DNA of 64,000 nucleotides from Longimicrobiales bacterium (GCA_965249725.1 CBDFMQ010000002.1:1120001-1184000), one strand, 5' to 3'; shown: positions 18,311 through 28,168, numbered from the stretch's first letter. Program-made: numbers and translations. Notes: a model not told the origin generated them from the letters alone.

Positions 18311-21300
18311 TCAACCCTCGGTCGCTTCACCGTCCACGTCGGCGGAAGTCATCGGGAAGAGAGTATTCAGGGAGTCCAGCAGTCGCTCGCTGAAGCCCTC
18401 ACCCTTCAGTACGACCCCCGAGACCTTGTCGGACAGTAGAGTCGTCTCGGCGTCGGACAGGTTCTTACCGGTGATGACGATTACCGGAAGACCGACATGG
18501 TACGGGTTCTCGCGAAGTCGATCGAGAAAGGTCAGCCCGTGCATACCCGGCATCGCAAGATCCAGGAGGATGGCGCCGGGTGTCTCCCGCGCCACCTCAT
18601 CCAGGGCCTCCTGTCCGGAGGAGACGCAGACCACATCCAGACCCTCCGCCTCCAACCTCGTTGTCACGAGTCTGTGCACCTCGGGATCGTCGTCGACGAC
18701 CAGGACGCGGTGCTCTCCACGATTCACGAGGTTGCGCCACAAGACACGCAGGAGGTGGGTGCGGTCGATGATCGGCTTGTTGAGCAGGTCGACCGCACCC
18801 AGCAGGCGGCCCCGGCCCTCACTGGCGATGATGCTCGCCACTACGACCGGAATGTCCTTCACGTCGGGGTCGTCTTTGAGACGACGAAGCACTTCCCAAC
18901 CATCCATCTCCGGCATCTGCAGGTCGAGCGTAATCAGGTCGGGCTGATGCTCCTTCGCCAACTCCAATCCCAGTGCACCTGAGGCGGCTTCCAAAACCTC
19001 ACAACCGAATTCGCTCAGGTAGTGCTGCATCAACACACGCGAGTCGGTCTCGTCGTCGATCACCAAGACCTTGAAGTGCTGGATCTGCGGATGCGGGAGT
19101 GCCTCTTCGTCCAGGGGCTCTTCGACCTCATCCCTCTGCACACCTTGGGAGTCCTGCTCGGCGGGCTCTTCCACTGCCGGGTCGACGCTCTCCGGAGCGG
19201 CCTCAGGCGTCGGCTGCTCGACGCCTTCTGGCAGACCCGAGAAGTCGATGGTGAAGGTGGTGCCCTTCCCCACTTCACTTTCGACCGTCAGGTCGTACCC
19301 CATGAGCAGGCACATGGAACGGGAGATGGTCAAGCCTAGGCCCGTGCCACCGAACTTACGCGCGGTGCTCCCTTCAGCCTGCTGGAACGCCTCGAAGATC
19401 GCGCCCAGGCGCTCGGGCGGAATCCCTATTCCGCTGTCCTGAACCTGAATGCTGCCCGGTTCCGTCGTGCCCTCGCGGAGCGTTACCCGCAGGACGATCT
19501 CGCCGCTCTCAGTGAACTTGAGGGCGTTCCCCATGAGGTTGACGATGACCTGCTTGAGTTTGGCAGAATCCGCGTCGAACTCGTCGATCTCCTCGGGCGC
19601 GTCGACTCTCACTTCGACCGCGCCCTGCTTCTGTCTGATCTGCCCGTCGACCAACGCAACCGCCTCCTGGGCCAACGTGGCCAGTGAGACGGTGCGCAAC
19701 TCCAGCTCCATCCGGCCGGACTCGATCTTCGCCAGGTCGAGAATCTCATTGATCAGCACCAGCAGGTGCTTGCCGTTGACCTGAATCCTCTCCAGAAAAC
19801 CCAGGTCGGACTTTCCGAGGTTCTGCTTCTTGTTCTTGAGGAGAATGTTGGCAAAGCCGATAACCGAGTTGAGCGGAGTACGAAGCTCATGGCTCATGTT
19901 CGCCAGGAACTGACTCTTCGCACGATTGGCGGCCTCGGCTTCTTCTTTGGCCGTTACGAGGTCCTCTTCAGCGCGTCTTCGCCGGGTGATGTCCTTACTG
20001 AATACCACGACGCCCGACGAGCCTTCCTGGTCCTGAATCGGGCTGAAAAAGAGCTCGAAGTGACGAAGATCGTCGTCCATTTCGTCGGTTCTCACTCTGG
20101 ACATCCGCTTGCCCCGGAACACGAGCCCGTATGCTTCCCCGTACCACTCCGCCTGGGGGACCGAATAGAGATCTTCCGGGGCATCTCCGACCTTTGGCTC
20201 GAGCCCCGTACGGGCTTCTACCTCCAGGGCGAAGGCAGAATTGAAGGTGATCAGCCGGTGTTCACTATCGACGGACCAGATGGCGTCTCCGGTATTCTCG
20301 ACCAACGCGTTCAGATTCGCCTGTGACATGGCCAAGTCCCGCTCCGCCATCATCGTCTCTGTCACGTCGCGGATGATGGACCGGACCGTCACCACCTCTC
20401 CGTTGTCCCGGCTCGCCGTCGCACTGATCGAGCAGATCACCGGGTCTCCGGCAATCGTGCGGAACTCGGAGATATGCCGCTCGACGGGCCGTCCGTCTCG
20501 CAACGACTGGAAGACCTCGGCCAAGCCCTCGGGGTCGATCGGATCGAGAACGTCGAAGACGCTCTTTCCCTCGACCTCGCGGTCCTTATAGCCGAACGTG
20601 GACTGCCATGCCTGGTTGACGTAGACGAGGTTGCCGTCCCCATCGGTCATCTGAATCAGGTCGTTGGCGTTGTCGAGGAAGTCCCTCAACCGGGATTCGG
20701 CCTCGGTCCTGTCGCTCACTTCCCGAGCCATGGCAAGGTTGGTGTCCCGTACGGTGCGAAGGGCGTCGGCCTCGGAACGGAACGTGACGAACACGCTCAC
20801 CATGAGGCCTACGAGCACGCACACGTTCGCACTGATCTTCAGCAGGTGGGCCGCATCCGCCATGCCGTCGAATTCACTCGTGGCCTGTGACATGTACATG
20901 GCGTGCACGAACACGCTGATCATCAAGGAGATCAGCAGCCAGTGCTCGAAGGGTTCGGTCCGCCACTGGCCCCTTCGAAGGTATCCGGCCCATGCGGCGA
21001 AGAAGAAAACGGCCGGAACGAACTCCGCCGGTCGCACCACCAGGAAGTCCGAGTAGTAGGCTCGAGTGGCGGGGATGAAGAGGACTCCACCCAACTCCTC
21101 CGGTAAACCGAGAGCCGAGAAGAAGATGAAGACCGCCACGGTCAGGGCGGCGGCGGTGCCATAGACCCACTTCTCACTCAGACGATCCTCCTGGAAGCCC
21201 TCTTCCTTGGACCACAGGAAGACGGTCGCGAAGAGAAAGAGGGAGAGGAACAGCCGTGAGGCAGTCCAAGTCCAAGCGTCACTGTCGGCGGTCTGGAGGA

Positions 21301-21736
21301 GCGTTCCCCCGCCTCCCATGAGCACCGACGTCATGACCGCGTGGTACATGTTGAGAGCACCGGCTCCCAAAAATCCCGTACCGATGAACAGGAAGGTGTC
21401 CTGCTTCTTGCTGTAGTACCGCACCAACGAGAGGCTGCCGACCATGAAGGCCAGAGTGGTGCTTATGAACTCCCAAATGACATGCCGCTGCTCGTTATCG
21501 GCAAACGGGAACCGCCTGAAGAGGCTGGCTCCCATGAAGAGTACCGCGACGAGAATCCAATAGACGGTGGCCCGTTCCTGCGAACGGTCTTCCGAGGTGG
21601 CAAAGGACTGCAGGTATTCGGTCCCCGGGGACGGTTCTTCCTCCTCGGATTCCGGCACACTGGGATCGAGGCTCGCGAGGCGGACCTCCACATCCTCGCC
21701 CTCGGGTGTGTCCGGCGTCGGACCGGCTTCGCTCAC
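18311..21736 (-). CDS. Hybrid sensor histidine kinase (MASE3-like membrane domain, 2 PAS, HisKA, HATPase, 2 REC)
   Basis: FLANMSHELRTPLN, NALKFT, DSGIGI, GGTGLGL; REC aspartates in ITLDLQMP and ILLDLAMP. Confidence 0.93.
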   Translation of the reverse strand: MSEAGPTPDTPEGEDVEVRLASLDPSVPESEEEEPSPGTEYLQSFATSEDRSQERATVYWILVAVLFMGASLFRRFPFADNEQRHVIWEFISTTLAFMVGSLSLVRYYSKKQDTFLFIGTGFLGAGALNMYHAVMTSVLMGGGGTLLQTADSDAWTWTASRLFLSLFLFATVFLWSKEEGFQEDRLSEKWVYGTAAALTVAVFIFFSALGLPEELGGVLFIPATRAYYSDFLVVRPAEFVPAVFFFAAWAGYLRRGQWRTEPFEHWLLISLMISVFVHAMYMSQATSEFDGMADAAHLLKISANVCVLVGLMVSVFVTFRSEADALRTVRDTNLAMAREVSDRTEAESRLRDFLDNANDLIQMTDGDGNLVYVNQAWQSTFGYKDREVEGKSVFDVLDPIDPEGLAEVFQSLRDGRPVERHISEFRTIAGDPVICSISATASRDNGEVVTVRSIIRDVTETMMAERDLAMSQANLNALVENTGDAIWSVDSEHRLITFNSAFALEVEARTGLEPKVGDAPEDLYSVPQAEWYGEAYGLVFRGKRMSRVRTDEMDDDLRHFELFFSPIQDQEGSSGVVVFSKDITRRRRAEEDLVTAKEEAEAANRAKSQFLANMSHELRTPLNSVIGFANILLKNKKQNLGKSDLGFLERIQVNGKHLLVLINEILDLAKIESGRMELELRTVSLATLAQEAVALVDGQIRQKQGAVEVRVDAPEEIDEFDADSAKLKQVIVNLMGNALKFTESGEIVLRVTLREGTTEPGSIQVQDSGIGIPPERLGAIFEAFQQAEGSTARKFGGTGLGLTISRSMCLLMGYDLTVESEVGKGTTFTIDFSGLPEGVEQPTPEAAPESVDPAVEEPAEQDSQGVQRDEVEEPLDEEALPHPQIQHFKVLVIDDETDSRVLMQHYLSEFGCEVLEAASGALGLELAKEHQPDLITLDLQMPEMDGWEVLRRLKDDPDVKDIPVVVASIIASEGRGRLLGAVDLLNKPIIDRTHLLRVLWRNLVNRGEHRVLVVDDDPEVHRLVTTRLEAEGLDVVCVSSGQEALDEVARETPGAILLDLAMPGMHGLTFLDRLRENPYHVGLPVIVITGKNLSDAETTLLSDKVSGVVLKGEGFSERLLDSLNTLFPMTSADVDGEATEG

Positions 21737-22107
21737 GGCGTTCCGGTGAGCAGGCGCTCGATCGCCCCCATGAGCAGATCCTCATCGATGATCGGCTTGG
21801 TCAGGTAGTCGTTGAACCCCATGTCCAGGTACTTCTCCCGATCACCCGACATCGCGTGCGCCGTCAACGCGATTACCGGGAGTTCCAAGAACTCGTCCTG
21901 GGCGCGAATCCACTGCAGAACCTCGGTCCCGTCCATCCCCGGGAGGGAGATGTCCAGGAGCACAAGGTCCGGCACGTTGTCAGCAAGGCCCTCGACGGCT
22001 TCGATTCCCGTCTCGTACTCGGAGATGTCGTACTCGTCCTCGAGAATCGCCTCAACCAACATTCGGTTATCGGGATTGTCCTCTACGACCGCGATCTTGG
22101 GCTTCAT
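21733..22107 (-). CDS. Single-domain response regulator
   Basis: VVEDN, LLDISLP, ALTAHAM, TKP. Confidence 0.92.
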   Translation of the reverse strand: MKPKIAVVEDNPDNRMLVEAILEDEYDISEYETGIEAVEGLADNVPDLVLLDISLPGMDGTEVLQWIRAQDEFLELPVIALTAHAMSGDREKYLDMGFNDYLTKPIIDEDLLMGAIERLLTGTP

Positions 22108-22468
22108 TCGGAGGTTCCTTCAACCATGGATTCGAGTTCTGTGTTGGCCTGGGAAAACGCCTCTTCCAGGCCGGGAAGCAGCTCACGAACGCGCTCGAGC
22201 TCTTTGTTCGAGGCCGCAATTTCAATCTCGTCGGCAATCCGTCTTACATGCTCTGCACCGATGTTCGCCGCACTGGACTTGAGCGAATGGGATCCGCGTT
22301 CTGGCTGATCCAGGTCGTCATTCTCGACCACGGTTCGAATCTGCTCCATGCGGTCGGGACCATTCTGGAGGAACAACCGGATCATCTCTTTGACGAGCTT
22401 GCCCCCCCCCACTCCTCGAGGCGGCTCAGGCTATCAGGATTGATAATCGTTGGGTCCATGGGTGTCAT
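22104..22468 (-). pseudogene. Hpt phosphotransfer protein, frameshifted at a G9 tract
   Basis: SHSLKSSAANIGA Hpt motif; N-terminal MTPMDPTIINPDSLSRLEEWGG lies in another frame and joins if the tract (C9 at 22402-22410) is G10 or G7. Confidence 0.75.
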
Positions 22469-22556
22469 TTTCCAGTCTAGCCTTTAAGGCTCGGCAATTC
22501 CAGGATTTATCGCGGTGAGCCGAAACGGGGACTCGGGATCGAAGAAGTCGTGGTCG

Positions 22557-23234
22557 TTAGGACGGAGGAGTGCTTTCCGCCGACTTCCGAATGAGTTGGA
22601 TGGCTTCGGCAATCCCACCCGGATGTCGATAGATGGCCGACCCCGCCACCAAAACCGTGGCTCCGGCACCCGCTGCCACGGCAGCCGTATCGCGGTCCAC
22701 TCCCCCATCGACCTCCAACTCGGCGCCTTCCACCCCGTGCTCATCGAGCATGCGCCGAAGACGCCCAATCTTATCCGTGCTCGAGGGGATATAGGCCTGT
22801 CCACCGAACCCCGGATTGACCGACATGACGAGTGCGACGTCGACGTACGGAATGATCTCCTGAAGCGTGTCGAGGGGCGTGGCCGGATTGAGCGTCACGC
22901 CCGGGCGCACGTTGAGTTCCCGGATCTGCTCGACGGTACGATGCAAGTGTCTGCAGGCCTCTTGGTGCACGACCAGGTAGTCCGCCCCCGCGTCCGCGAA
23001 GGCCTCCAGATACCGCTCGGGGTGCTCGATCATCAGGTGTACGTCGACCGGTAGATCCGTGGCGGCCCGCACGGCCGCCGTGATCGCAGGACCGATCGTG
23101 ATGTTCGGAACGAAGTGACCATCCATGACATCGACGTGAATCCAGTCGGCTCCCGCTTCGGCCGCCTCAGCAACCTGTTCGGCCAGTCGACCGAAGTCCG
23201 ACGACAGGATCGACGGAGCGATCTTGATGCTCAT
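22557..23234 (-). CDS. rpe: Ribulose-phosphate 3-epimerase
   Basis: IAPSIL, HVDVMDGHFVPN, DVHLM, MSVNPGFGGQ, VDGG. Confidence 0.96.
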   Translation of the reverse strand: MSIKIAPSILSSDFGRLAEQVAEAAEAGADWIHVDVMDGHFVPNITIGPAITAAVRAATDLPVDVHLMIEHPERYLEAFADAGADYLVVHQEACRHLHRTVEQIRELNVRPGVTLNPATPLDTLQEIIPYVDVALVMSVNPGFGGQAYIPSSTDKIGRLRRMLDEHGVEGAELEVDGGVDRDTAAVAAGAGATVLVAGSAIYRHPGGIAEAIQLIRKSAESTPPS

Positions 23235-23938
23235 GACCCTCCCGCCTCGGCGTAGGAACGCCGCACGCCGTCCGGAGCGCCGACGATCACCTCCGTCGTC
23301 ATCCCCAGGAACAACCCGGATTCGACGATTCCGGCCCTCGAAGCCAACGCGGCGTCCAGGGACTGGGGATCCTCGATGCCGTCCGGGAAGTGACAGTCGA
23401 TGATGTAGTTCCCGTTGTCCGTGGTGAGGGGTTGCCCGTCGGGTCGTCTTCGAATGACCGGGCGAGCACCCTGGGACTCCAAGAACCGGTCGTGGACCTC
23501 CCAACCGAACTGGACCACCTCCACCGGCACGGGGGAGATCTGCCCCAGCCTCTCCACGACCTTCGCCTCGTCTACGATGATGGCGAGACGCGACGAGGCC
23601 TGGGCAACCATCTTCTCCCTCAAGAGGGCACTTCCCAGGCCCTTTATCAGGTTCAAGTCCGGGTCCACTTCGTCGGCACCGTCGACAGTCAAGTCCAGGA
23701 AGGGATGCTCGGCCAACGACGTCAGGGGAATTCCCAGTTCTCTGGCCTGCTGAGCCGTCCAGAGAGACGTCGGCACACCCAGCACGTTACGGAGGCCTCC
23801 CCGATTGATGCGTTCAGCCAGAAACAGTAGGAAGTGGGCCACGGTCGAACCGGTGCCCAATCCGATGCGCATGCCGGCCTCGACCAGTCCCGCCGCCTCG
23901 AGGCCGACGGCCCTTTTCAGGGTCTCGGCGTCCGTCAC
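23231..23938 (-). CDS. rpiA: Ribose-5-phosphate isomerase A
   Basis: GLGTGST, DGADEV, IKGLG, LLREK, TDNGN. Confidence 0.95.
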   Translation of the reverse strand: MTDAETLKRAVGLEAAGLVEAGMRIGLGTGSTVAHFLLFLAERINRGGLRNVLGVPTSLWTAQQARELGIPLTSLAEHPFLDLTVDGADEVDPDLNLIKGLGSALLREKMVAQASSRLAIIVDEAKVVERLGQISPVPVEVVQFGWEVHDRFLESQGARPVIRRRPDGQPLTTDNGNYIIDCHFPDGIEDPQSLDAALASRAGIVESGLFLGMTTEVIVGAPDGVRRSYAEAGGS

Positions 23939-23972
23939 GCGATCACGCCGGGCGAATTGGTGCCGGGCTGCT

Positions 23973-24911
23973 TCAGGCCCCGAACTCCTTCATCATGGCA
24001 TGCACTCGCTCCGTCGTTGCCAAGGCCTCATCGTAGGGCCTCTGCCACATGTTGCGGCCGAAGATCAGTCCAGTGGCACCCGACTCCATGGCCGTGCGGG
24101 CTTTGTGCATCAGGTCTTCGTCGCCGAGCTTGCTACCACCCGAGAAGAGTACCATGACGCGGCCGGCCGACTCGACCACCCGCTTGGCACCTTCGCCGTA
24201 GTCATACTCGATCTCCGCATACTCCTTGGGCTGCTCCGGATCCTTCGGACCGTGCTTGGGAATATTGAGCTTGACGATGTCTGCCCCCAACTCCAAGGCG
24301 ACCCGGGCTGCGTAGTCCACCGCGTACAAGCTGTCCCGGCCGCCCTTCCCTTCGATGGCCGAACCGCGGGGATAGGACCACACCACCAGCGGCATGTTGT
24401 ACTTGTCACAGTCTTCACGAACCATCTGGAGCTGTTGAATGTCCTCGTCCTGCCGCGGGGACCCTACGTAGAGCGTGTACCCGACCGCGTCGGCACCGAG
24501 GGACACCGCATCCTCGACGCTGCCCGTCATGGTCGAGAGCGCATCACCGTCCGGCGGAATAGTGGTCTTACCGTTGATCTTGAGGAGGAGCGGAACCTCA
24601 CCGGCATACTTGGACATGTACTTTCGAGCGAGCCCGTAGTGGCATGCTACTGCGTTGTAATTCCCCTCGAGCGCGAGACGCCACTGGAAATCCGGATCCT
24701 GAGACGGAGGATTCGGGAAGAAGTCGATAGGTCCGTGCTCCAGGCCCTGGTCGATCGGAAGGCAGAGAAGCGTCCCGTTCTTGAGACCCCTGCCATATAG
24801 GAGACGGCGGAGACGGACGCGTTTACCGAGCGGCAGGTCGAGGTCGTCGAGAAGTGGGCGGCCTACCGTACCGGTCACCGGGGTCTCGGGAGCCGGGGTG
24901 GCAGTGGACAT
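23973..24911 (-). CDS. Class I (DhnA-type) fructose-bisphosphate aldolase
   Basis: IDQGLEHGP, WSYPRG, LGADIVK, SGG, GRN; co-oriented with rpiA and rpe. Confidence 0.85.
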   Translation of the reverse strand: MSTATPAPETPVTGTVGRPLLDDLDLPLGKRVRLRRLLYGRGLKNGTLLCLPIDQGLEHGPIDFFPNPPSQDPDFQWRLALEGNYNAVACHYGLARKYMSKYAGEVPLLLKINGKTTIPPDGDALSTMTGSVEDAVSLGADAVGYTLYVGSPRQDEDIQQLQMVREDCDKYNMPLVVWSYPRGSAIEGKGGRDSLYAVDYAARVALELGADIVKLNIPKHGPKDPEQPKEYAEIEYDYGEGAKRVVESAGRVMVLFSGGSKLGDEDLMHKARTAMESGATGLIFGRNMWQRPYDEALATTERVHAMMKEFGA

Positions 24912-25005
24912 GGAGCATCCTCCAAAGAGACAATAAAATGAGATTCACAAGTCGGATTTCGTGGCGAAATCTATCGGTCCCCCGAGGTCGGGACCAGCCC
25001 GCTCC

Positions 25006-25034
25006 TTGACTCCGGTCGGGCACCGGAACACCCT
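25006..25034 (+). promoter_or_regulatory. Promoter candidate for the leader peptide transcript
   Basis: TTGACT -17 nt- CACCCT, ending 7 nt before the leader ATG. Confidence 0.45.
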
Positions 25035-25041
25035 ACGCCCC

Positions 25042-25110
25042 ATGAATCGTCAGCGCGCGCTACAGGCCTTCTATTTCTTTATTCGGTGCCCCACGGGAGC
25101 CGGCGACTGA
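25042..25110 (+). CDS. Phe/Tyr-rich attenuator leader peptide MNRQRALQAFYFFIRCPTGAGD (22 aa)
   Basis: Consecutive TTC TAT TTC TTT codons, followed by terminator/antiterminator and an aroF-like ORF; too short for the ORF track. Confidence 0.8.
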   Translation: MNRQRALQAFYFFIRCPTGAGD

Positions 25111-25146
25111 AGCCCGTGCACTGAATACGGATCGCGCTCCGTCCCG

Positions 25147-25179
25147 AGGCTCCCGACTCAGTCGGGGGCCTTTTTTGTT
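25147..25179 (+). terminator. Attenuator terminator hairpin
   Basis: AGGCTCCCGAC-TCA-GTCGGGGGCCT then TTTTTGTT; 5' arm also complementary to CGGGAGCC at 25094-25101. Confidence 0.85.
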
Positions 25180-25209
25180 GGGTAACGGACAGCACACGAG
25201 AGACACCTC

Positions 25210-25410
25210 ATGATAATCATCACGCGACACGGCGTGACCGAAGACGAGCTCGACCACTTACGCGAGCGAGTGGAGGCCGCGGGTCTTCGCACCCATCTGA
25301 TCCGTGGCGAGGTCCGCACCGTGATCGGTTGCGTCGGAGATCACGAGGAGCTGGCACCCATAGTGACGGCGGTCGGGAAGACGCTTGGAGGCCTGCCGGC
25401 AACGGTCTAG
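25210..25410 (+). pseudogene. aroF: Internally deleted type I-beta DAHP synthase (66-aa remnant)
   Basis: MIII...GLRTHLIRGEVRTVIGCVGD resembles the N-terminal regulatory domain; ELAPIVTAVGKTL resembles the C-terminal helix; catalytic barrel absent. Confidence 0.7.
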
Positions 25411-26822
25411 AGCGGCGGCATCTCGAGTTTGCGGGCTGCCAGCTCGATCTGAGCCTGCACGGCCGCGCGCGCCGTGCCCCCGGGGGCGCCTCGCGCTTCG
25501 ACCGACCGATCCCAGGAGAAGACGTCGAGCACGTCGGCTCCGAACGAATCATGTGCGGCCTGAAAGTCCTCGAGATCGAGATCGTCGACCGTCACACCCC
25601 GCTCTTCCGCGATGCGTACCACCGTCGCGATGACCTCGTGGGCCTTCCGGAAGGGTACCCCGGCCCGTACCAGGTAGTCGGCCAAATCGGTGGCGAGAAG
25701 CTGCGTATCCAACGCGGCCTCGATGCGATCGGGCTGGAACTCGGCGGAGGCTACCGCGCCCTGAACGGCCGGAAGCACCATCCTCAGGGTGTCGACCGAG
25801 TCGAACAGCGTCTCCTTGTCCTCCTGCAGATCGCGGTTGTACCCGGTGGGCAGTCCCTTCAAGACCGTGAGCAGCGATACGAGATTGCCAACCAGGCGGC
25901 CCGCTTTGCCTCGGACCAGCTCGGCCACGTCAGGGTTCCTCTTCTGGGGCATGAGGCTGGACCCGGTGCTGTATCCGTCCGAGAGTCGCACGAACCCGAA
26001 CTCCTTCGATCCGAACAGGACCAGATCCTCCGCCAATCGGGACAGATGGATCCCGACGCGAGCGGACGCAAACGAGAGTTCCGAGGCCCAATCCCGATCG
26101 CTCACGGCGTCGATGCTGTTCTCGGAGATGCGGCTGAACCCCAACTCCTCTCGGATGATCTCTCGGTCGATCGGGAACGGGCATCCCGCGATCGCCCCGG
26201 AGCCGAGGGGCAACACCCCCGCATGCTCCCCCGCAGCATCGATCAACTCCCGGTCACGCTCCAGCGGCCAAAAATGGGAGAGCGCCCAATGAGCCGCCCG
26301 CACCGGCTGGCCCTGCTGGAGGTGTGTGTAGCCCGGGATGATGATGTCCACCGAGTCCCGCGCCCAATCCAGCAACGAAGCCTGCACTCCGTGAAGGCTC
26401 GCGTGAAGGGCGGTGGCAGCCTCCATGCCCCAGAGCCTGAAATCGGTGGCGACCTGGTCGTTGCGTGATCGGCCGGTGTGGAGCTTGCCGGCCACGTCCC
26501 CGACCTCCTCGTGCAGGAGTCGCTCCACCAGCGAGTGGATGTCCTCGTCGTGCTCCGCAGAGTGGTCGGTGGCGTCGAGGCGCTCCGCGACCCGATCCAA
26601 TCCCTCGAGGAGCGTGTCTCCTTCCGACCCGGTGACGACTCCCGCCCGAACGAGGGCTCGAGCCCAGGCGCGGCTCCCCTCGATATCCTGCGGCCACAAC
26701 CGGATGTCCACATCGAGGCTGCGGTTCAGGGGGACCATCTCGGGGGACATGGACCCTTCGATCCGTCCGCTCCAAAGCGGTGCGTCCGGTGGTCCTTCGG
26801 GAGGTTTGGCGTCTGCGGTCAT
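25407..26822 (-). CDS. argH: Argininosuccinate lyase
   Basis: LWSGR, HTGRSRNDQ, PGYTHLQ, TGSSLMPQKRNPD, YNRDLQEDK. Confidence 0.97.
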   Translation of the reverse strand: MTADAKPPEGPPDAPLWSGRIEGSMSPEMVPLNRSLDVDIRLWPQDIEGSRAWARALVRAGVVTGSEGDTLLEGLDRVAERLDATDHSAEHDEDIHSLVERLLHEEVGDVAGKLHTGRSRNDQVATDFRLWGMEAATALHASLHGVQASLLDWARDSVDIIIPGYTHLQQGQPVRAAHWALSHFWPLERDRELIDAAGEHAGVLPLGSGAIAGCPFPIDREIIREELGFSRISENSIDAVSDRDWASELSFASARVGIHLSRLAEDLVLFGSKEFGFVRLSDGYSTGSSLMPQKRNPDVAELVRGKAGRLVGNLVSLLTVLKGLPTGYNRDLQEDKETLFDSVDTLRMVLPAVQGAVASAEFQPDRIEAALDTQLLATDLADYLVRAGVPFRKAHEVIATVVRIAEERGVTVDDLDLEDFQAAHDSFGADVLDVFSWDRSVEARGAPGGTARAAVQAQIELAARKLEMPPL

Positions 26823-26842
26823 GAGGTCACCTTAGAGACACG

Positions 26843-26872
26843 AAAGGGCCGCGACAACGTGCGTCGCGGCCC
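26843..26872 (-). terminator. Hairpin between argG and argH
   Basis: GGGCCGCGAC-N7-GTCGCGGCCC followed by only TTT on the minus strand. Confidence 0.45.
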
Positions 26873-26902
26873 CCTGTCCGTAAGTCGCGGCGTCCCGTGG
26901 AA

Positions 26903-28168
26903 TCACCCCACCGGGGTCTTGGGGGCCACCGACTTGAGAATCTCGTTCACGGCGGCCTCGGATTCGCGCTCACCGGCATCGCGTTCGGCGGCTACTCGGG
27001 CAGGAAGCCCGAAGAGCTTGATGAACCCTTCAGCGTCGGCATGGTCGTACGTATCGTCCTCGCCGAACGATGCCAGACCCGCATCGTAGAGCGACATGGG
27101 GCTCCAGCGTGATGCCACGTTGGCACTCCCCTTGTACAGCTTCAGGCGTACGACACCGGTGACTCGCTTCATGAGCACGTTCATGAAGGCGTCGATCGCT
27201 TCGCGCTCCGGGGTCCACCACCAACCCTCGTACACGAGATCCGCGTAACGGGCCGCCAGCTGATCCTTATAGGCCAAGGCGCGCCGATCCAGAGTGAGCT
27301 GCTCGAGTTCCTGGAGCGCCGCATAGAGTAGGGTGCCACCGGGCGTCTCGTAGATGCCCCTGGACTTCATGCCCACCAGCCGGTCTTCGACCAGGTCGAT
27401 GCGCCCGACGCCGTGTCGAGCGCCGATCTGGTTCAGCGCCTCGAGAAGGCTCAGCGAATCCATCACCTCACCGTTGACCGAAACCGGAACGCCTTCCTCG
27501 AAGGCGATTTCCACGTGCTCCGGGGTGTTTGGCGCCAGCTCGGGAGACAGCGTCCAGAGATAGATGGACTCGTCTGGCTCATAGGCGGGATCCTCGAGGG
27601 GCCCACCCTCATGGGAAACGTGCCAGAGGTTCTCGTCTCGAGAGAAGAGCTTGCCCTCATCGACCCCGTCCATGGGGATCTTGCGAACCCGCGCGTACTC
27701 GAACGCCTCTTCGCGCGAGTGTAGATCCCACTCACGCCATGGGGCGATCACCCTCAGGTCCGGCGCGAGTGCGGTGAACGTGAGCTCGAAGCGGACTTGA
27801 TCGTTACCCTTCCCCGTGCATCCGTGGGCCAGAGCGTCCGCTCCGACCTCACGAGCGATCTCCACCATGCGCCGACCGATGATCGGCCGTGCCATGGACG
27901 TGCCGAGTAGGTACTTGCGGCCATAGACCGCTCCGGATCGGAGCGTGGGCCAGACGAAGTCCTCGACGAAGGTCTGCCGGAGATCCTCACCAAAGAACTG
28001 GGAGGCACCGGTGGCCTTGGCCTTCTCGGCCAGGCCATTGAGGCCACCCTGCTGGCCGACATCGGCGGCCACACAGATCACCTCTGCGTCGTAGTTCTCT
28101 CGGAGCCACGGCACGATCACGGAGGTATCCAACCCTCCGGAGTATCCCAGGACGACTTTGAGAGCCAT
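26903..28168 (-). CDS. argG: Argininosuccinate synthase
   Basis: YSGGLDTS, AHGCTGKGNDQVRFE, DENLW, KSRGIYETPG. Confidence 0.97.
   Translation of the reverse strand: MALKVVLGYSGGLDTSVIVPWLRENYDAEVICVAADVGQQGGLNGLAEKAKATGASQFFGEDLRQTFVEDFVWPTLRSGAVYGRKYLLGTSMARPIIGRRMVEIAREVGADALAHGCTGKGNDQVRFELTFTALAPDLRVIAPWREWDLHSREEAFEYARVRKIPMDGVDEGKLFSRDENLWHVSHEGGPLEDPAYEPDESIYLWTLSPELAPNTPEHVEIAFEEGVPVSVNGEVMDSLSLLEALNQIGARHGVGRIDLVEDRLVGMKSRGIYETPGGTLLYAALQELEQLTLDRRALAYKDQLAARYADLVYEGWWWTPEREAIDAFMNVLMKRVTGVVRLKLYKGSANVASRWSPMSLYDAGLASFGEDDTYDHADAEGFIKLFGLPARVAAERDAGERESEAAVNEILKSVAPKTPVG

Noticed and set aside
23973..24911. Aldolase as ADH synthase replacing the deleted aroF
   Set aside because: Motifs and linkage with rpiA and rpe favour fructose-bisphosphate aldolase; no DHQ synthase II gene nearby.
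25060..25257. 65-aa minus-strand ORF
   Set aside because: Antisense to the attenuator and aroF remnant; no coding features.
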